From: an uncultured Christensenella sp.
GTDB lineage: Bacteria; Bacillota; Clostridia; Christensenellales; UBA1242
Reading direction: 5' to 3'
Assembly: GCA_964434265.1 (NCBI GenBank)
Contig: CAYSUK010000001.1
Span: 240,391-304,390 of the forward strand
DNA: 64,000 bases
The notes beneath the pieces were generated by a model, which saw nothing but the letters and a program-made list of their open reading frames with translations, had not been told where the DNA came from and did no database searches. The first letter of the stretch is position 1. Every line of letters begins with the position of its first letter. Positions 47,395 through 57,595 of the stretch are shown here, in pieces. Both the position numbers and the translations under genes were made by a program.

Positions 47395-47490
47395 GACTTT
47401 ACCTCCTATCATACTTGATGTTCGTACGCAAAATCGCAGAGGACCATCCGAAGTCTATGATATCATACCACAACCCCGGCTTTTTTACAA
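47395..47490 (-). promoter_or_regulatory. rplS promoter (TTGTAA-17-TGgTATGAT) plus ~60-nt structured leader (candidate L19 autoregulatory leader)
   Basis: -35 at 47485-47490, extended -10 at 47462-47470; leader 5' AUCAUA can pair with UAUGAU just upstream of the SD. Confidence 0.4.
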
Positions 47491-47608
47491 GTGTTTTTTT
47501 ACATTTTTTTACATTTTTATTATTTTATTGATTTTGAGGTCTATTTATTCGATATTTTTACAATATTTTACACCTTTATGACGTCATTTTTGATACTTTG
47601 CAGAGTAC

Positions 47609-47956
47609 TTAAAAAGCATCGACCAAATGTGTTATTCTATCGCCTATAATTTCCACGACATCAAATCTCACACCAACTTTATCATACAGCCTATTTGCTT
47701 TCAAATATCCCATACTTGTCAAGCGGATTTTATGTTGTTTTTGAGCAGTTACCATTTCGCGCGGATAGCCGAAATACAAACTATCTTTGTACTTTACTTC
47801 GACAAAAACATAAGTTTCGCCATCTTTTGCAATAAGGTCTATCTCACCTATTTGATTTTTGTAATTTAGTTCGATTACTTTATAACCCTTTTTCATCAGA
47901 TATTCGAGAGCCATGTGCTCACCGATACTACCTTTTGCCTTATTGTACTGTTTCAT
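47609..47956 (-). CDS. yraN: YraN-family (UPF0102) endonuclease-like protein
   Basis: 115 aa; GEIDLIA...VFVEVK PD-(D/E)xK-like motif. Confidence 0.85.
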   Translation of the reverse strand: MKQYNKAKGSIGEHMALEYLMKKGYKVIELNYKNQIGEIDLIAKDGETYVFVEVKYKDSLYFGYPREMVTAQKQHKIRLTSMGYLKANRLYDKVGVRFDVVEIIGDRITHLVDAF

Positions 47957-47963
47957 ATTACTC

Positions 47964-48554
47964 TCATTTTACAAAATTTTTAATAAATGTATCACGATGT
48001 ATCTCACACTTGCCGTATTTTTTAAGCGCTTCGATATGCTCTTTGGTGCCATAACCTTTATGTTTTTTAAAATTATATTCTGGATACTGCTCATCAAGTT
48101 TACACATAAGTCTATCACGGGTGACCTTAGCCAAAATAGATGCACAGGCGATATTATAACTTAATGCGTCGCCATGAATAATGCTATCGGTAGGCACTTT
48201 TGTGTCTATTTTGACAGCATCAATAAGCACAATATCTGGCTTCACAACAAGGCTTTCGATACATTTTTGCATGCCAAGTTTGGTTGCATTTAGAATATTT
48301 ATTTCGTCGATGGTTTTGTTGTCAACAAGTTCGATATGATAATCGAGTGCCAAATCTACTATTTGGTCAAATAGTTTTTCACGTTTTTTCTCGCTGAGTT
48401 TTTTGCTGTCATTTACTTCGTCAAGCACTGGGCTTTTTGGCATAATGACAACAGCAACGGCTACTGGACCTGCAAGCGGGCCACGTCCTGCTTCGTCAAT
48501 GCCCGCAACATATTGCAATCCTTGTTCGTAATATTTTCTCTCATAATCAAGCAT
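47964..48554 (-). CDS. rnhB: Ribonuclease HII
   Basis: 196 aa; GIDEAGRGPLAGPV catalytic motif. Confidence 0.93.
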   Translation of the reverse strand: MLDYERKYYEQGLQYVAGIDEAGRGPLAGPVAVAVVIMPKSPVLDEVNDSKKLSEKKREKLFDQIVDLALDYHIELVDNKTIDEINILNATKLGMQKCIESLVVKPDIVLIDAVKIDTKVPTDSIIHGDALSYNIACASILAKVTRDRLMCKLDEQYPEYNFKKHKGYGTKEHIEALKKYGKCEIHRDTFIKNFVK

Positions 48555-49446
48555 TTTGGTTTTCCAACTTTTTTCTATCTTTAACAGTTAGTTTTTTAAT
48601 ATCTGACACACTTTCAAGAGTGATTCGTCCAAGTTTGCCCGCTTTAAAATCATTTACAATCATATATGCGCCACGGTCATAGTCAATATCGTTTCCTTTA
48701 AGAATACATCTTTTTGCAATACAAATGTTTTCGAGTATTTCAAGCGGTGTCATATCGTCTGAAATATCAATACCATATCGGCTTTGAAGTATGTTTTTAT
48801 CAAGTGCATTTAAGTCTGATATAAGGTCAAGACTAAGGTCTGGAATATCGACAACATTGTCGCTGATAGAGCCAATATATGCTAAGTGATGCGCGACCTT
48901 GTTGTTGTCAAATGCTGGCCAAAGTGTACCCGGTGTGTCTAATATCTCCAAGTATGGATTTACCCTTACCCATTGTTTTCCACGTGTAACACCCGGTTTG
49001 TTCCCCGTCATTGCCTTGGATTTGCCGACAAGATTATTGGCAAGGGTGCTCTTGCCACTATTTGGAACTCCGACTATCATTGCACGAAGTATAACCTTTA
49101 CACCCTTATTCTCATACTTTTCAATTTTGGCTTTATTAAGCGACTTTATAGCATTTATAATCTCTTTACAATCGCCCGATGTTGTGCTATTTGTCGAGAC
49201 ACAAATGGTGTTTGGTTTTTTAAACCATTTCATCCAATCTTTGACTTTTTGCTCGTCAGCCATGTCGACTTTATTAAAGACATATATAATAGGTTTTTCG
49301 CCAATAAAATCGGCAAACTTTGGATTTACGCATGAAAAAGGTGCACGGCTATCTAGTACATAGATTACCGCATCTACAATTTTTATGTCATTTTCCATCA
49401 TTTTTAGGGCTTTGTTCATATGCCCCGGATACCATTGGATTATCAT
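48547..49446 (-). CDS. rbgA: Ribosome biogenesis GTPase A (YlqF/RbgA)
   Basis: 299 aa; QWYPGHM, circularly permuted GTPase (NKVD before GVPNSGKST). Confidence 0.9.
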   Translation of the reverse strand: MIIQWYPGHMNKALKMMENDIKIVDAVIYVLDSRAPFSCVNPKFADFIGEKPIIYVFNKVDMADEQKVKDWMKWFKKPNTICVSTNSTTSGDCKEIINAIKSLNKAKIEKYENKGVKVILRAMIVGVPNSGKSTLANNLVGKSKAMTGNKPGVTRGKQWVRVNPYLEILDTPGTLWPAFDNNKVAHHLAYIGSISDNVVDIPDLSLDLISDLNALDKNILQSRYGIDISDDMTPLEILENICIAKRCILKGNDIDYDRGAYMIVNDFKAGKLGRITLESVSDIKKLTVKDRKKLENQNA

Positions 49447-49456
49447 AGTTTTTCCT

Positions 49457-50131
49457 TTATTTTTTATCTAGTAAATCTGGTCGATATTTTTTAGTTTCGA
49501 GTAATTTTTGCTCAGTTTTCCACTTTTCAATTTCTTTGTGATTGCCATTTAATAGTACATCTGGAACACTTAGTCCCATAAACTCACGTGGTCGTGTATA
49601 TTGGGGATATTCGAGCAAATTGTCGCTAAAACTCTCGTCCACGACACTTGTATCACTATGAAGTACATTTGGGACATAACGCAAAATTGCGTCTGTAAGC
49701 ACCATCGCTGGAAGTTCGCCACCAGTAAGGACATAGTCACCTATGCTAATTTGTTCGTCGACACAAAGTGTAATTATACGTTCGTCTATGCCCTCATAGT
49801 GTCCACATACTAGCACTAAGTGGTTATGTTTTTGCGACATGTCTTTCACAACATCTTGTGTCAAAACACGTCCTTTTGGCGACATGTACACAACATATGC
49901 GTCGTCGTCCTTTACTGACATAATTGCATCATAAAGTGGTTGGGGTGTCATTATCATGCCGTCGCCACCACTGTATGGATAGTCGTCAGTTTTGTGGTGT
50001 TTTTCTTTACTAAAATCCCTTATGTTTACTATATTTATCTCGACAAGTTGTTTCTCCGTCGCTTTGCCGATAAGGCTGGTTTGGAGCGGAGCAAACATCT
50101 CAGGGAATATCGTAAGTATATCTATTCTCAT
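49457..50131 (-). CDS. trmD: tRNA (guanine37-N1)-methyltransferase
   Basis: Start trimmed to ATG 50131 (MRIDILTIFPEMF) with GGAGAA SD. Confidence 0.95.
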   Translation of the reverse strand: MRIDILTIFPEMFAPLQTSLIGKATEKQLVEINIVNIRDFSKEKHHKTDDYPYSGGDGMIMTPQPLYDAIMSVKDDDAYVVYMSPKGRVLTQDVVKDMSQKHNHLVLVCGHYEGIDERIITLCVDEQISIGDYVLTGGELPAMVLTDAILRYVPNVLHSDTSVVDESFSDNLLEYPQYTRPREFMGLSVPDVLLNGNHKEIEKWKTEQKLLETKKYRPDLLDKK

Positions 50132-50139
50132 AGTTTCTC

Positions 50140-50625
50140 CTAGCATTTTATCTCGTCAAGAATATATTCGTCGACAGTAATTTTTTTGTTTTGTATATCA
50201 ATATCAGTGATCACGTCACGAGCATATGGAAACATAAACTCGCCCGTTTGGGTAGAGACAGTAAAGACATCTGCAGCACCATAGCCGTTTACTTCGGTCA
50301 CTTCGCCGATTACAGTTTTTCTTTGTTTGCTATATACTATGCAACCGACAAAATCCGCCCTTGATATAGCCGAATTTTCAGTCTCAGGCGCATCAAAATA
50401 TACAGGGACATTACGCAATGTTTCTGCATAGTTTCGGTCGTTTACTTCGTCGACTTTGAGTATAACAAAACCTTCTCTTATAGTCACCTTTTCGACCTTA
50501 CATGATAGGTTTTTAATTTCGACAGACTCCAATTTTTTAAAGTCAATATCCCAGTCTTCTGGTCGCACACGCATCTCGCCTTTGATGCCTTGTGGTTTTG
50601 TAATCACGCCAAGTAATGTTTTCAT
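50140..50625 (-). CDS. rimM: 16S rRNA processing protein RimM
   Basis: 161 aa; GVITKPQGIKGEMRV N-terminal motif. Confidence 0.9.
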   Translation of the reverse strand: MKTLLGVITKPQGIKGEMRVRPEDWDIDFKKLESVEIKNLSCKVEKVTIREGFVILKVDEVNDRNYAETLRNVPVYFDAPETENSAISRADFVGCIVYSKQRKTVIGEVTEVNGYGAADVFTVSTQTGEFMFPYARDVITDIDIQNKKITVDEYILDEIKC

Positions 50626-50671
50626 AATTTCACCTCACATATATAATATCACAAAACAAAGATTTAGCATA

Positions 50672-50697
50672 CAAAAAAATGCCTAAAATTTAGGCAT
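50672..50697 (-). terminator. Terminator-like hairpin after the KH-domain gene
   Basis: ATGCCTA (50679-50685)/TAGGCAT (50691-50697), loop AAATT, U-run on minus strand; overlaps stop codon. Confidence 0.6.
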
Positions 50698-50935
50698 TTT
50701 CTTTTTCGATAATCTTTACAACATATCTTTGGTTTGCTTTGGTTGTGACCGACTTTACAATGGTGCGGATAGCTGATGCTATTTTGCCATTTCTGCCTAT
50801 CACTTTTCCCATGTCGCTTGGGTCTACTTTTACAGTAACCACTTTTACTTTCTCGCTTTCGTCAGCAACAGTGATTTCTACTTGGTCGGGTTTTGATACC
50901 AAAGAATTGATTATATATCTCAATAATTCTTCCAT
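50690..50935 (-). CDS. ylqC: KH-domain RNA-binding protein (YlqC family)
   Basis: 81 aa; GKVIGRNGKIASAIRT KH GxxG motif. Confidence 0.85.
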   Translation of the reverse strand: MEELLRYIINSLVSKPDQVEITVADESEKVKVVTVKVDPSDMGKVIGRNGKIASAIRTIVKSVTTKANQRYVVKIIEKENA

Positions 50936-50949
50936 CGCACCCTCACCTA

Positions 50950-51246
50950 CTATTTATCTTCTTTTTTCTTTTTGTCAGTTTTTGGAGCACGTTTTGCAAC
51001 AGGTTTTAGAAGGCCTTGGTTTACAAGAATAGTGCGTGCTGTCTCAGTAGGTTGGGCACCAGTATTTAGCCAGTATTGAGCTCTCTCAACATTTAGGTTT
51101 ACTTCTGCTGGTGTAGTAAGTGGATTGTATGTTCCGAGTTTTTCGATATACTCTCCATCTCTTGCCTTTCTAGAATCGGTAACTACTACACGATAGAAAG
51201 GTGATTTTTTGTCGCCTAGACGAGTAAGTCTGATTTTTACTGCCAT
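50950..51246 (-). CDS. rpsP: 30S ribosomal protein S16
   Basis: [23 protein letters not shown]-terminus. Confidence 0.95.
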   Translation of the reverse strand: MAVKIRLTRLGDKKSPFYRVVVTDSRKARDGEYIEKLGTYNPLTTPAEVNLNVERAQYWLNTGAQPTETARTILVNQGLLKPVAKRAPKTDKKKKEDK

Positions 51247-51312
51247 TTTTTTATCTCCTTTTGTAAAAATTTTTATATACTCAATTTTTTAGAAAAATTG
51301 TAAAAAACATTA

Positions 51313-52626
51313 TTAAAAACCACGCATTGGGTTAAATCTGCCCGACTTCATTTGTTTCATCATGTCTTTGGCTTGGGCAAATTGTTTGAGCAAGATATTT
51401 ACGTCTTGAATTGTTGTGCCCGAACCCATGGCAATACGTTTTTTCTGACTGCCTTTTATGATGTCAGGATTAGTTCGTTCTTTCTTAGTCATGCTTTGAA
51501 TGATGGCCTTATTTTTTGCGAGAGCATTTTCATCGATTTGACCGACTTTAAATTTGTTTGCTCCCGGAATCATATTTATTAGGTCATTTATGTTTCCCAT
51601 CTTACGGACTTGGTCAAACTGAACAAGATAATCATCAAGAGTAAAGCTATTTTCTCTAAATTTCTTTTCGAGTTTTTTTGCTTCTTCTTCAGTCACGACT
51701 TGTTGGGCTTTTTCTATAAGGGTCAATACGTCACCCATATTTAGTATTCGGCTTGCCATGCGGTCTGGATAAAATGGCTCTATATCGTCCATTTTTTCGC
51801 CTATACCACAGAATTTTATAGGCTTATTTGTAACCGCTTTTATGCTTAGTGCTGCACCGCCACGAGTATCGCCGTCGAGTTTTGTAAGTATAACACCGCT
51901 TATGTCAAGTGCGTCATTAAAACTTGTCGCAACAGTAACTGCGTCTTGACCTGTCATACTATCGACGGTAAGAAGTATCTCTTTTGGATTTACCGCTTTT
52001 TTGATTTCTTTAAGTTCGGTCATGAGTTCTTCATTTATATGAAGACGACCAGCAGTGTCTATGATTACAACATCATAGCCCTTTTTATCGGCATACTTTA
52101 TTGCATTTTGCGCTGTCTTTTGTGGTTTGTTTGTGCCTTCGTCATATACTTCGACATCGACTGATTTGCCCACAACTTTAAGTTGGTTTATTGCAGCGGG
52201 ACGGTAGATATCACAAGCAACAAGAAGTGGTTTTTTGCCTTGCTTTTTTAGGTACTTGGCAAGTTTGCCACACATAGTAGTTTTACCAGCACCTTGAAGT
52301 CCGCACATAAGTATAACTGTAGGTGGCGCTGATGCAAATTCGAGCTTAGCATTTGTACTACCCATGAGTGATGTGAGTTCTTCATTGACTATTTTCACAA
52401 CTTGTTGACCTGGAGTCAACGACTTCATAACACGTTCGCCTTGACACTTTTCACTTATCGACGCAACTAGATTTTTCACAACCATAAAGTTTACGTCAGC
52501 TTCTAAAAGTGCAATACGAATTTCACGCATGGCATTTTTGATTTCCAAATCGGTCAATTTGCCACGTTTGGTAATCTTACTAAACACATGATTAAGTTTT
52601 TCACTAAGTGAACCAAATAGTGCCAT
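51313..52626 (-). CDS. ffh: Signal recognition particle protein Ffh
   Basis: 437 aa; GLQGAGKTT, DTAGR, TKLDGD, Met-rich C-terminus. Confidence 0.97.
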   Translation of the reverse strand: MALFGSLSEKLNHVFSKITKRGKLTDLEIKNAMREIRIALLEADVNFMVVKNLVASISEKCQGERVMKSLTPGQQVVKIVNEELTSLMGSTNAKLEFASAPPTVILMCGLQGAGKTTMCGKLAKYLKKQGKKPLLVACDIYRPAAINQLKVVGKSVDVEVYDEGTNKPQKTAQNAIKYADKKGYDVVIIDTAGRLHINEELMTELKEIKKAVNPKEILLTVDSMTGQDAVTVATSFNDALDISGVILTKLDGDTRGGAALSIKAVTNKPIKFCGIGEKMDDIEPFYPDRMASRILNMGDVLTLIEKAQQVVTEEEAKKLEKKFRENSFTLDDYLVQFDQVRKMGNINDLINMIPGANKFKVGQIDENALAKNKAIIQSMTKKERTNPDIIKGSQKKRIAMGSGTTIQDVNILLKQFAQAKDMMKQMKSGRFNPMRGF

Positions 52627-52925
52627 TAGTCCTCCAAAACGTCAAGTATTTTATCTACAATGTCGCTGTCGCCTGTTTTCATATCTTCAATACGTGAGAT
52701 TTTTGCATACAGTCTAAGTACTGTCTCGTACTTTTCAAGTGCATCAGTCCCTTGACGAATGCTATCAAGTACAGCTTGGCGACTTATGCCCTTAATCTCG
52801 CTTATTTCAGCCAAAGAATAGTCATTTGCATAGTACTCTGTAAGCATATCACGTTGTCTTTCAGTCAAGAGTCCGCCATACAAATCAAGTAATTTATTTA
52901 CCCTAATATTTTTTTCTATTGACAT
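52626..52925 (-). CDS. ylxM: YlxM/UPF0122 helix-turn-helix protein
   Basis: Start trimmed to ATG 52925 with AGGAGTG SD; conserved position before ffh. Confidence 0.85.
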   Translation of the reverse strand: MSIEKNIRVNKLLDLYGGLLTERQRDMLTEYYANDYSLAEISEIKGISRQAVLDSIRQGTDALEKYETVLRLYAKISRIEDMKTGDSDIVDKILDVLED

Positions 52926-52935
52926 AGTCACTCCT

Positions 52936-52973
52936 AAAAACAATACTGTAAAGCAAAATTACTTTACAGTATT
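52936..52973 (-). terminator. 12-bp hairpin + U-run abutting the ylxM SD (terminator/attenuator or processing site)
   Basis: AATACTGTAAAG (52942-52953)/CTTTACAGTATT (52962-52973), followed on minus strand by UGUUUUU then the SD. Confidence 0.45.
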
Positions 52974-53013
52974 ATATATGAGTATAATATATATGTCAAG
53001 TGTTTTTTAAAAT

Positions 53014-53910
53014 TTAGATAAAGTTTTGAACAAAATCATCGGTATCAAACTCTATCATGTCATCAATCCCTTCACCGACACCGACAAACACAACTGGCAA
53101 GTTGTACTGTTTTGCGATTGCAAACACCACTCCGCCTTTGGCTGTGCCGTCGAGTTTTGTAAGCACAATGCCGTCAAGTCCTATGGTTTCATTAAAAACT
53201 TCGACTTGCGATAAGGCATTTTGACCTGTTGTTGCATCAATGACTAGGTAGTTTTTATGTTGGAAACCTTTACTCTCCCACTCACGTTCGATTATGCGAT
53301 TAACCTTTTTGAGTTCTTCCATAAGATTGGCTTTATTGTGTAGTCTGCCTGCCGTGTCGACTAGCACTACATCGTCGTGTTTTGCAACCGCACTTGCAAT
53401 TCCGTCATACACAACAGCACCGACATCGGCACCCTCGGCATATTTTACAATACGACATTTGTTGCGATTTGCCCACTCAGTAAGTTGGTCTGATGCAGCG
53501 GCACGAAAGGTATCTCCAGCAACAAACAAAACTTTCTTTTTCTTTTCAGTAAAATAGTGTGCAATTTTGCCTATTGATGTTGTTTTGCCGACACCATTTA
53601 CACCTACAAAAGTAATAAGCGTAGGATACTCAATAGGTTCGGTCTCGATATCTAGCAAATCTTTCATACTCTCACGAAGAAGTTCTTTAAAGTCTTCTTC
53701 GGTCTTGACCTTTTTCTTTTTTGCCAAATGACGTACATTTTCAATTATTTGTTCGGTCGCATCAGTGCCCATATCGCTTGATATCAGAACATATTCTAGT
53801 TCTTCGAAAAACTCATCATCAAGTTCGCCACTAAACAAGCCTGACAATTTGGATACCAGTGCATCTTTTGTTTTTTTAAGTCCGGAAAAAAGTTTTGAAA
53901 ATAGTCCCAT
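53014..53910 (-). CDS. ftsY: SRP receptor FtsY
   Basis: 298 aa; GVNGVGKTT, DTAGR, TKLDGT motifs. Confidence 0.95.
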   Translation of the reverse strand: MGLFSKLFSGLKKTKDALVSKLSGLFSGELDDEFFEELEYVLISSDMGTDATEQIIENVRHLAKKKKVKTEEDFKELLRESMKDLLDIETEPIEYPTLITFVGVNGVGKTTSIGKIAHYFTEKKKKVLFVAGDTFRAAASDQLTEWANRNKCRIVKYAEGADVGAVVYDGIASAVAKHDDVVLVDTAGRLHNKANLMEELKKVNRIIEREWESKGFQHKNYLVIDATTGQNALSQVEVFNETIGLDGIVLTKLDGTAKGGVVFAIAKQYNLPVVFVGVGEGIDDMIEFDTDDFVQNFI

Positions 53911-56900
53911 TAGTTTTTCTCCACATTTTCTATTGCTTCGCTAAGTTTGACAGAAACAATCTTACTTACACCCTTTTCTTCCATTGTTACACCATACAGA
54001 CAGTCAGCATGTTCCATAGTAGGCTTTTTGTGGGTAATAACAATAAATTGGGTCTCTTCGCTATACTTTTTCAAATACTTTGCAAAACGTCCTACATTGG
54101 CTTCATCTAGCGCTGCTTCTATCTCGTCAAGAAGACAGAATGGCATAGGACGAAGACGCAATATTGCAAACAATATCGCAATAGCAGTAAGCGACTTTTC
54201 GCCACCACTGAGAAGAGTGATATTGCTAAGTTTTTTCCCTGGTGGCTCGGCAATAATGTCAACACCTGCTTCCAAAATATCATCACTCTCAACAAGTTCG
54301 AGTCGTGCTTTTCCACCACCAAACAATTCTTTAAATACAATTGCAAAGTTTGCGTTTATTTTATCAAATTCTTCTTTGAATCGTGCTGTCATCTCATCAG
54401 CAAGTTCTTTAATAATCTTCTTCAAGTCGTCTTCTGCTTGCATAAGGTCTTTGGCTTGATTATACATATCGCCATGACGTTCGAGCAATGCTTTATAATC
54501 TTCGATAGCATTGACGTTTATATTGCCAAGTTTGATTATTTCACGTTTGATGCGATTTATCTCAGGCATTGCCGTCTTTATATCAAACAAGTCTTGTTTG
54601 TATTCAAGTGCAGTATTGTATGTTACTTCATACTCTGTCCAAACACGTTCTTGCATTGTTTCGATGTCAGTATCAACTTTAGTGAGATTTAGTTCTTGTT
54701 GGTACTTTTTATCTTGCAATTTATTGACTTCATTGCCAAGATTCATACGTTCTTCTTCAAGACGACGGAGATTTGATTGCATCTTAATCTTATCATCATT
54801 AAGTGTGGCAAGTTTGGTCTTTATATCGTCAAGTTCTTTCATGTTTTCGATTGTATCAATCGACGTCGACGCTTCGCCATATGTAACCTTAAATTTCTCC
54901 AATTGCTCATTTGTAGATGCAAGAGATATTTGTGCATTTGTAAGTCCTGCTTTTGTGTTTTCCAAGTCAGATACAAGCCTTATTGATTCTTGTTTGAGCG
55001 ATAGTATCTCACTTTCAATTTGAGCATTTTGTACTTTTAATGAAATTAATTCATTATTGTATTCGTCTCGTCTTGCTCTAAGGTCACCAAATTGAACTCC
55101 ACCTAGTCCACTTTCTCCTACCTCGATACCTTTTTCGCTACTATTGAGTTTGTTTAGTTCGGTCTCGATACTAGCAAGCATTTGCTTTGTTTTCTCAATG
55201 TCAGCAAAAACACGATTACGTTGGTTTTCAAGGTCAAATGTAAGGTCGTGATATTTATTAAACAATTCTTGGTGTTGGGCAATAGCAACTTCTTTGTTGT
55301 GTACAGCAAGTGTTAATTCACGTGCTTTATCATTTATCGAATCAAGTTTTGATGTCAATACATCGTACTCTGCACGTTTTGTAGTTCGCTCTGACTCAAG
55401 TCGCTCAATAGCACTCTTAGTATTTGCAATATCATTATCACGTGAAAGCAGATTTGTAACTTGTGCCTTTTTACTGCCACCTGTAATAGAACCTTGTGGA
55501 TTTATGATATCACCATCAAGAGTAACAATCCTAAATTGATAGTTTGATTGCATTGCAATAGAAACAGCATTGTTTATATTGTTTACAATTACAGTATTTC
55601 CAAGCAGACTATCTACTACATTTTGGATTTCTTTGTCATAACTTACAAGGTCACTAGCGACACCAAAACAGCCTTCGTGATTTAGTAAGTGATTATAAGT
55701 TCGATCAAAGTGACGCGGTTTGACAGTATTTATAGGCAAGAATGTAATACGACCATACTCACGAGATTTTAGATAGTTTATGAGTTCTTTGGCATTACTA
55801 TCAGAATAAGTAACGATATTTTGAACACCGCTTCCTAGTGCCATCTCGATAGCTGTTTGATAAGTGGACGGAACTTTAATAAGATTTGCCACAACACCTA
55901 CTATTTTCTTTTTGAGTTCGGCATTACGCTCAGCATCGGAAAGTAGTCTTTTTACACTGCCATTATAGCCTTCATACTCTTTTTGCATATCAACAAGCAA
56001 CTTTAGCCTTTGTTGCATAGAGAATATATTTGAAGTGGTTGTGTTTATTTCGTTCTCTTTCTCTTTAATATCATTTGTTTGACCTTGCAAAACATTTAGT
56101 GTATAGTCAAGTTCTTTTTGTGTCTTGTTTTTATCTATCGACAATTCTTGAATTGTGTTTTGTTCGGCCTTCAACTTCTCATTGCTATCGTTATATCTAG
56201 ATACAAGGTCGCTTAGGTTTGCATTATATACTGTAAGATTTGAATTATACGAATTTTTCTCAGCATTTAGTGCAGATATTTGAGCTTTTACATCTCCAAG
56301 TTTGCTAAGTGCATCAAAAAGTTTTTTCTGAGTGTCTTCGACTTCGCTTTCGCTTGTTGCAAGTTGGGCCGAAATAGAATCGTACTTTTCTTGCAAGTCA
56401 CTAGTCTTTGAGCGATTTTGATAAAGCTCGGCTTCCTTATTTGAAATGGCATTCTTATTTGTATATATTTGTTGTTCGAGATTTGCTTTTTGCTCGGTCA
56501 AACGTTTGACTTCTTCACTAAGACGGAGACTCTCGACTTCAAGATTGCGAAGACGTTCTTTAATAAGATTTGTCTCGCCGGCTTGTTTTTCAATGCCTAC
56601 AGTGAGTTCGAGCATTTTATCGCGAAGTTCGGTTACATGTTCGTCTAGGTGATTTATCTCTTCAAAGGTCGAGTTGTAGTCAGATATGACCTTATCAAGT
56701 TCGGCTTGACGGCTATTCATCTCTTCTACAATGCCAGCAATTTTCGTGTTTATAATTTCCTTATTTGTGCTGGCAAAGTCATATTGGTGAATATATGCAT
56801 TTATCTCCAATATTTTTAGTTTTTCTTTGTACTCAAGATATGTTTTGGCCGTCTCAGATTGGCGTTTGAGCGGTGCCAATTGGCGGTCAATCTCCGATAT

Positions 56901-57482
56901 AATATCATTTATACGGGTAAGATTGTCACGAGTACGGTCAAGTTTTCGCTCAGACTCAACCTTTTTTGCTTTAAACTTTGCAATGCCGGCAGCTTCTTCA
57001 AAGATAGCGCGGCGGTCTTCGGGTTTGCTATTTATAATCTCTTCGACCTTACCTTGTCCAATAATCGAATAACCGCTTTTGCCGATTCCGCTATCATGCA
57101 ACATCTCAATAATATCTTTTAGTCGGCACGGTGCTCGATTTATCATATACTCACTCTCGCCACTACGATATAGTTTACGTGTGATTACTATCTCTTCGTA
57201 TTCGCTACGGAAAATCTTGTTTGAGTTGTCAAAGCATAGTGAAACTTCGCAAAAACTAAGGCTCTTACGTTTTTCAGTGCCTTTAAAAATAACGTCTTGC
57301 ATGGAAGTTCCACGAAGCATTTTACTTGATTGTTCGCCAAGCACCCAGCGGATAGCATCAGCAACATTACTCTTTCCACAGCCGTTTGGCCCGACTATAG
57401 CAGTTATGCCTTCACCAAACGTAATTTTAATAGGGTCTGCAAACGACTTAAACCCCACCATTTCAATTTGTTTAAAATTCAA
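53910..57482 (-). CDS. smc: Chromosome partition protein SMC
   Basis: 1190 aa; N-terminal GPNGCGKSN Walker A, long coiled coils, hinge, C-terminal LSGGEK and LDEIEAALD; TTG start with GGAGG SD. Confidence 0.96.
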   Translation of the reverse strand: MNFKQIEMVGFKSFADPIKITFGEGITAIVGPNGCGKSNVADAIRWVLGEQSSKMLRGTSMQDVIFKGTEKRKSLSFCEVSLCFDNSNKIFRSEYEEIVITRKLYRSGESEYMINRAPCRLKDIIEMLHDSGIGKSGYSIIGQGKVEEIINSKPEDRRAIFEEAAGIAKFKAKKVESERKLDRTRDNLTRINDIISEIDRQLAPLKRQSETAKTYLEYKEKLKILEINAYIHQYDFASTNKEIINTKIAGIVEEMNSRQAELDKVISDYNSTFEEINHLDEHVTELRDKMLELTVGIEKQAGETNLIKERLRNLEVESLRLSEEVKRLTEQKANLEQQIYTNKNAISNKEAELYQNRSKTSDLQEKYDSISAQLATSESEVEDTQKKLFDALSKLGDVKAQISALNAEKNSYNSNLTVYNANLSDLVSRYNDSNEKLKAEQNTIQELSIDKNKTQKELDYTLNVLQGQTNDIKEKENEINTTTSNIFSMQQRLKLLVDMQKEYEGYNGSVKRLLSDAERNAELKKKIVGVVANLIKVPSTYQTAIEMALGSGVQNIVTYSDSNAKELINYLKSREYGRITFLPINTVKPRHFDRTYNHLLNHEGCFGVASDLVSYDKEIQNVVDSLLGNTVIVNNINNAVSIAMQSNYQFRIVTLDGDIINPQGSITGGSKKAQVTNLLSRDNDIANTKSAIERLESERTTKRAEYDVLTSKLDSINDKARELTLAVHNKEVAIAQHQELFNKYHDLTFDLENQRNRVFADIEKTKQMLASIETELNKLNSSEKGIEVGESGLGGVQFGDLRARRDEYNNELISLKVQNAQIESEILSLKQESIRLVSDLENTKAGLTNAQISLASTNEQLEKFKVTYGEASTSIDTIENMKELDDIKTKLATLNDDKIKMQSNLRRLEEERMNLGNEVNKLQDKKYQQELNLTKVDTDIETMQERVWTEYEVTYNTALEYKQDLFDIKTAMPEINRIKREIIKLGNINVNAIEDYKALLERHGDMYNQAKDLMQAEDDLKKIIKELADEMTARFKEEFDKINANFAIVFKELFGGGKARLELVESDDILEAGVDIIAEPPGKKLSNITLLSGGEKSLTAIAILFAILRLRPMPFCLLDEIEAALDEANVGRFAKYLKKYSEETQFIVITHKKPTMEHADCLYGVTMEEKGVSKIVSVKLSEAIENVEKN

Positions 57483-57561
57483 AATATGCCTCCAAATCGA
57501 TAAGTCTTATAGATTATATCACACACTAATTTTTTTTCCAAAGCAATTTACACATCAAAAC

Positions 57562-57586
57562 GAAAAAATGCCTACAAATTAGGCAT
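57562..57586 (-). terminator. Terminator-like hairpin after rnc
   Basis: ATGCCTA (57568-57574)/TAGGCAT (57580-57586), loop CAAAT, U-run on minus strand. Confidence 0.6.
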
Positions 57587-57595
57587 TTTGTTATG

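Noticed and set aside
50679-57586. Two terminators with the same stem sequence (ATGCCTA/TAGGCAT) after ylqC (50679-50697) and rnc (57568-57586)
   Set aside because: The shared element is only 7 bp per arm, the loops differ, and there is no extended flanking similarity. It is most likely coincidence rather than a REP-like mobile element.
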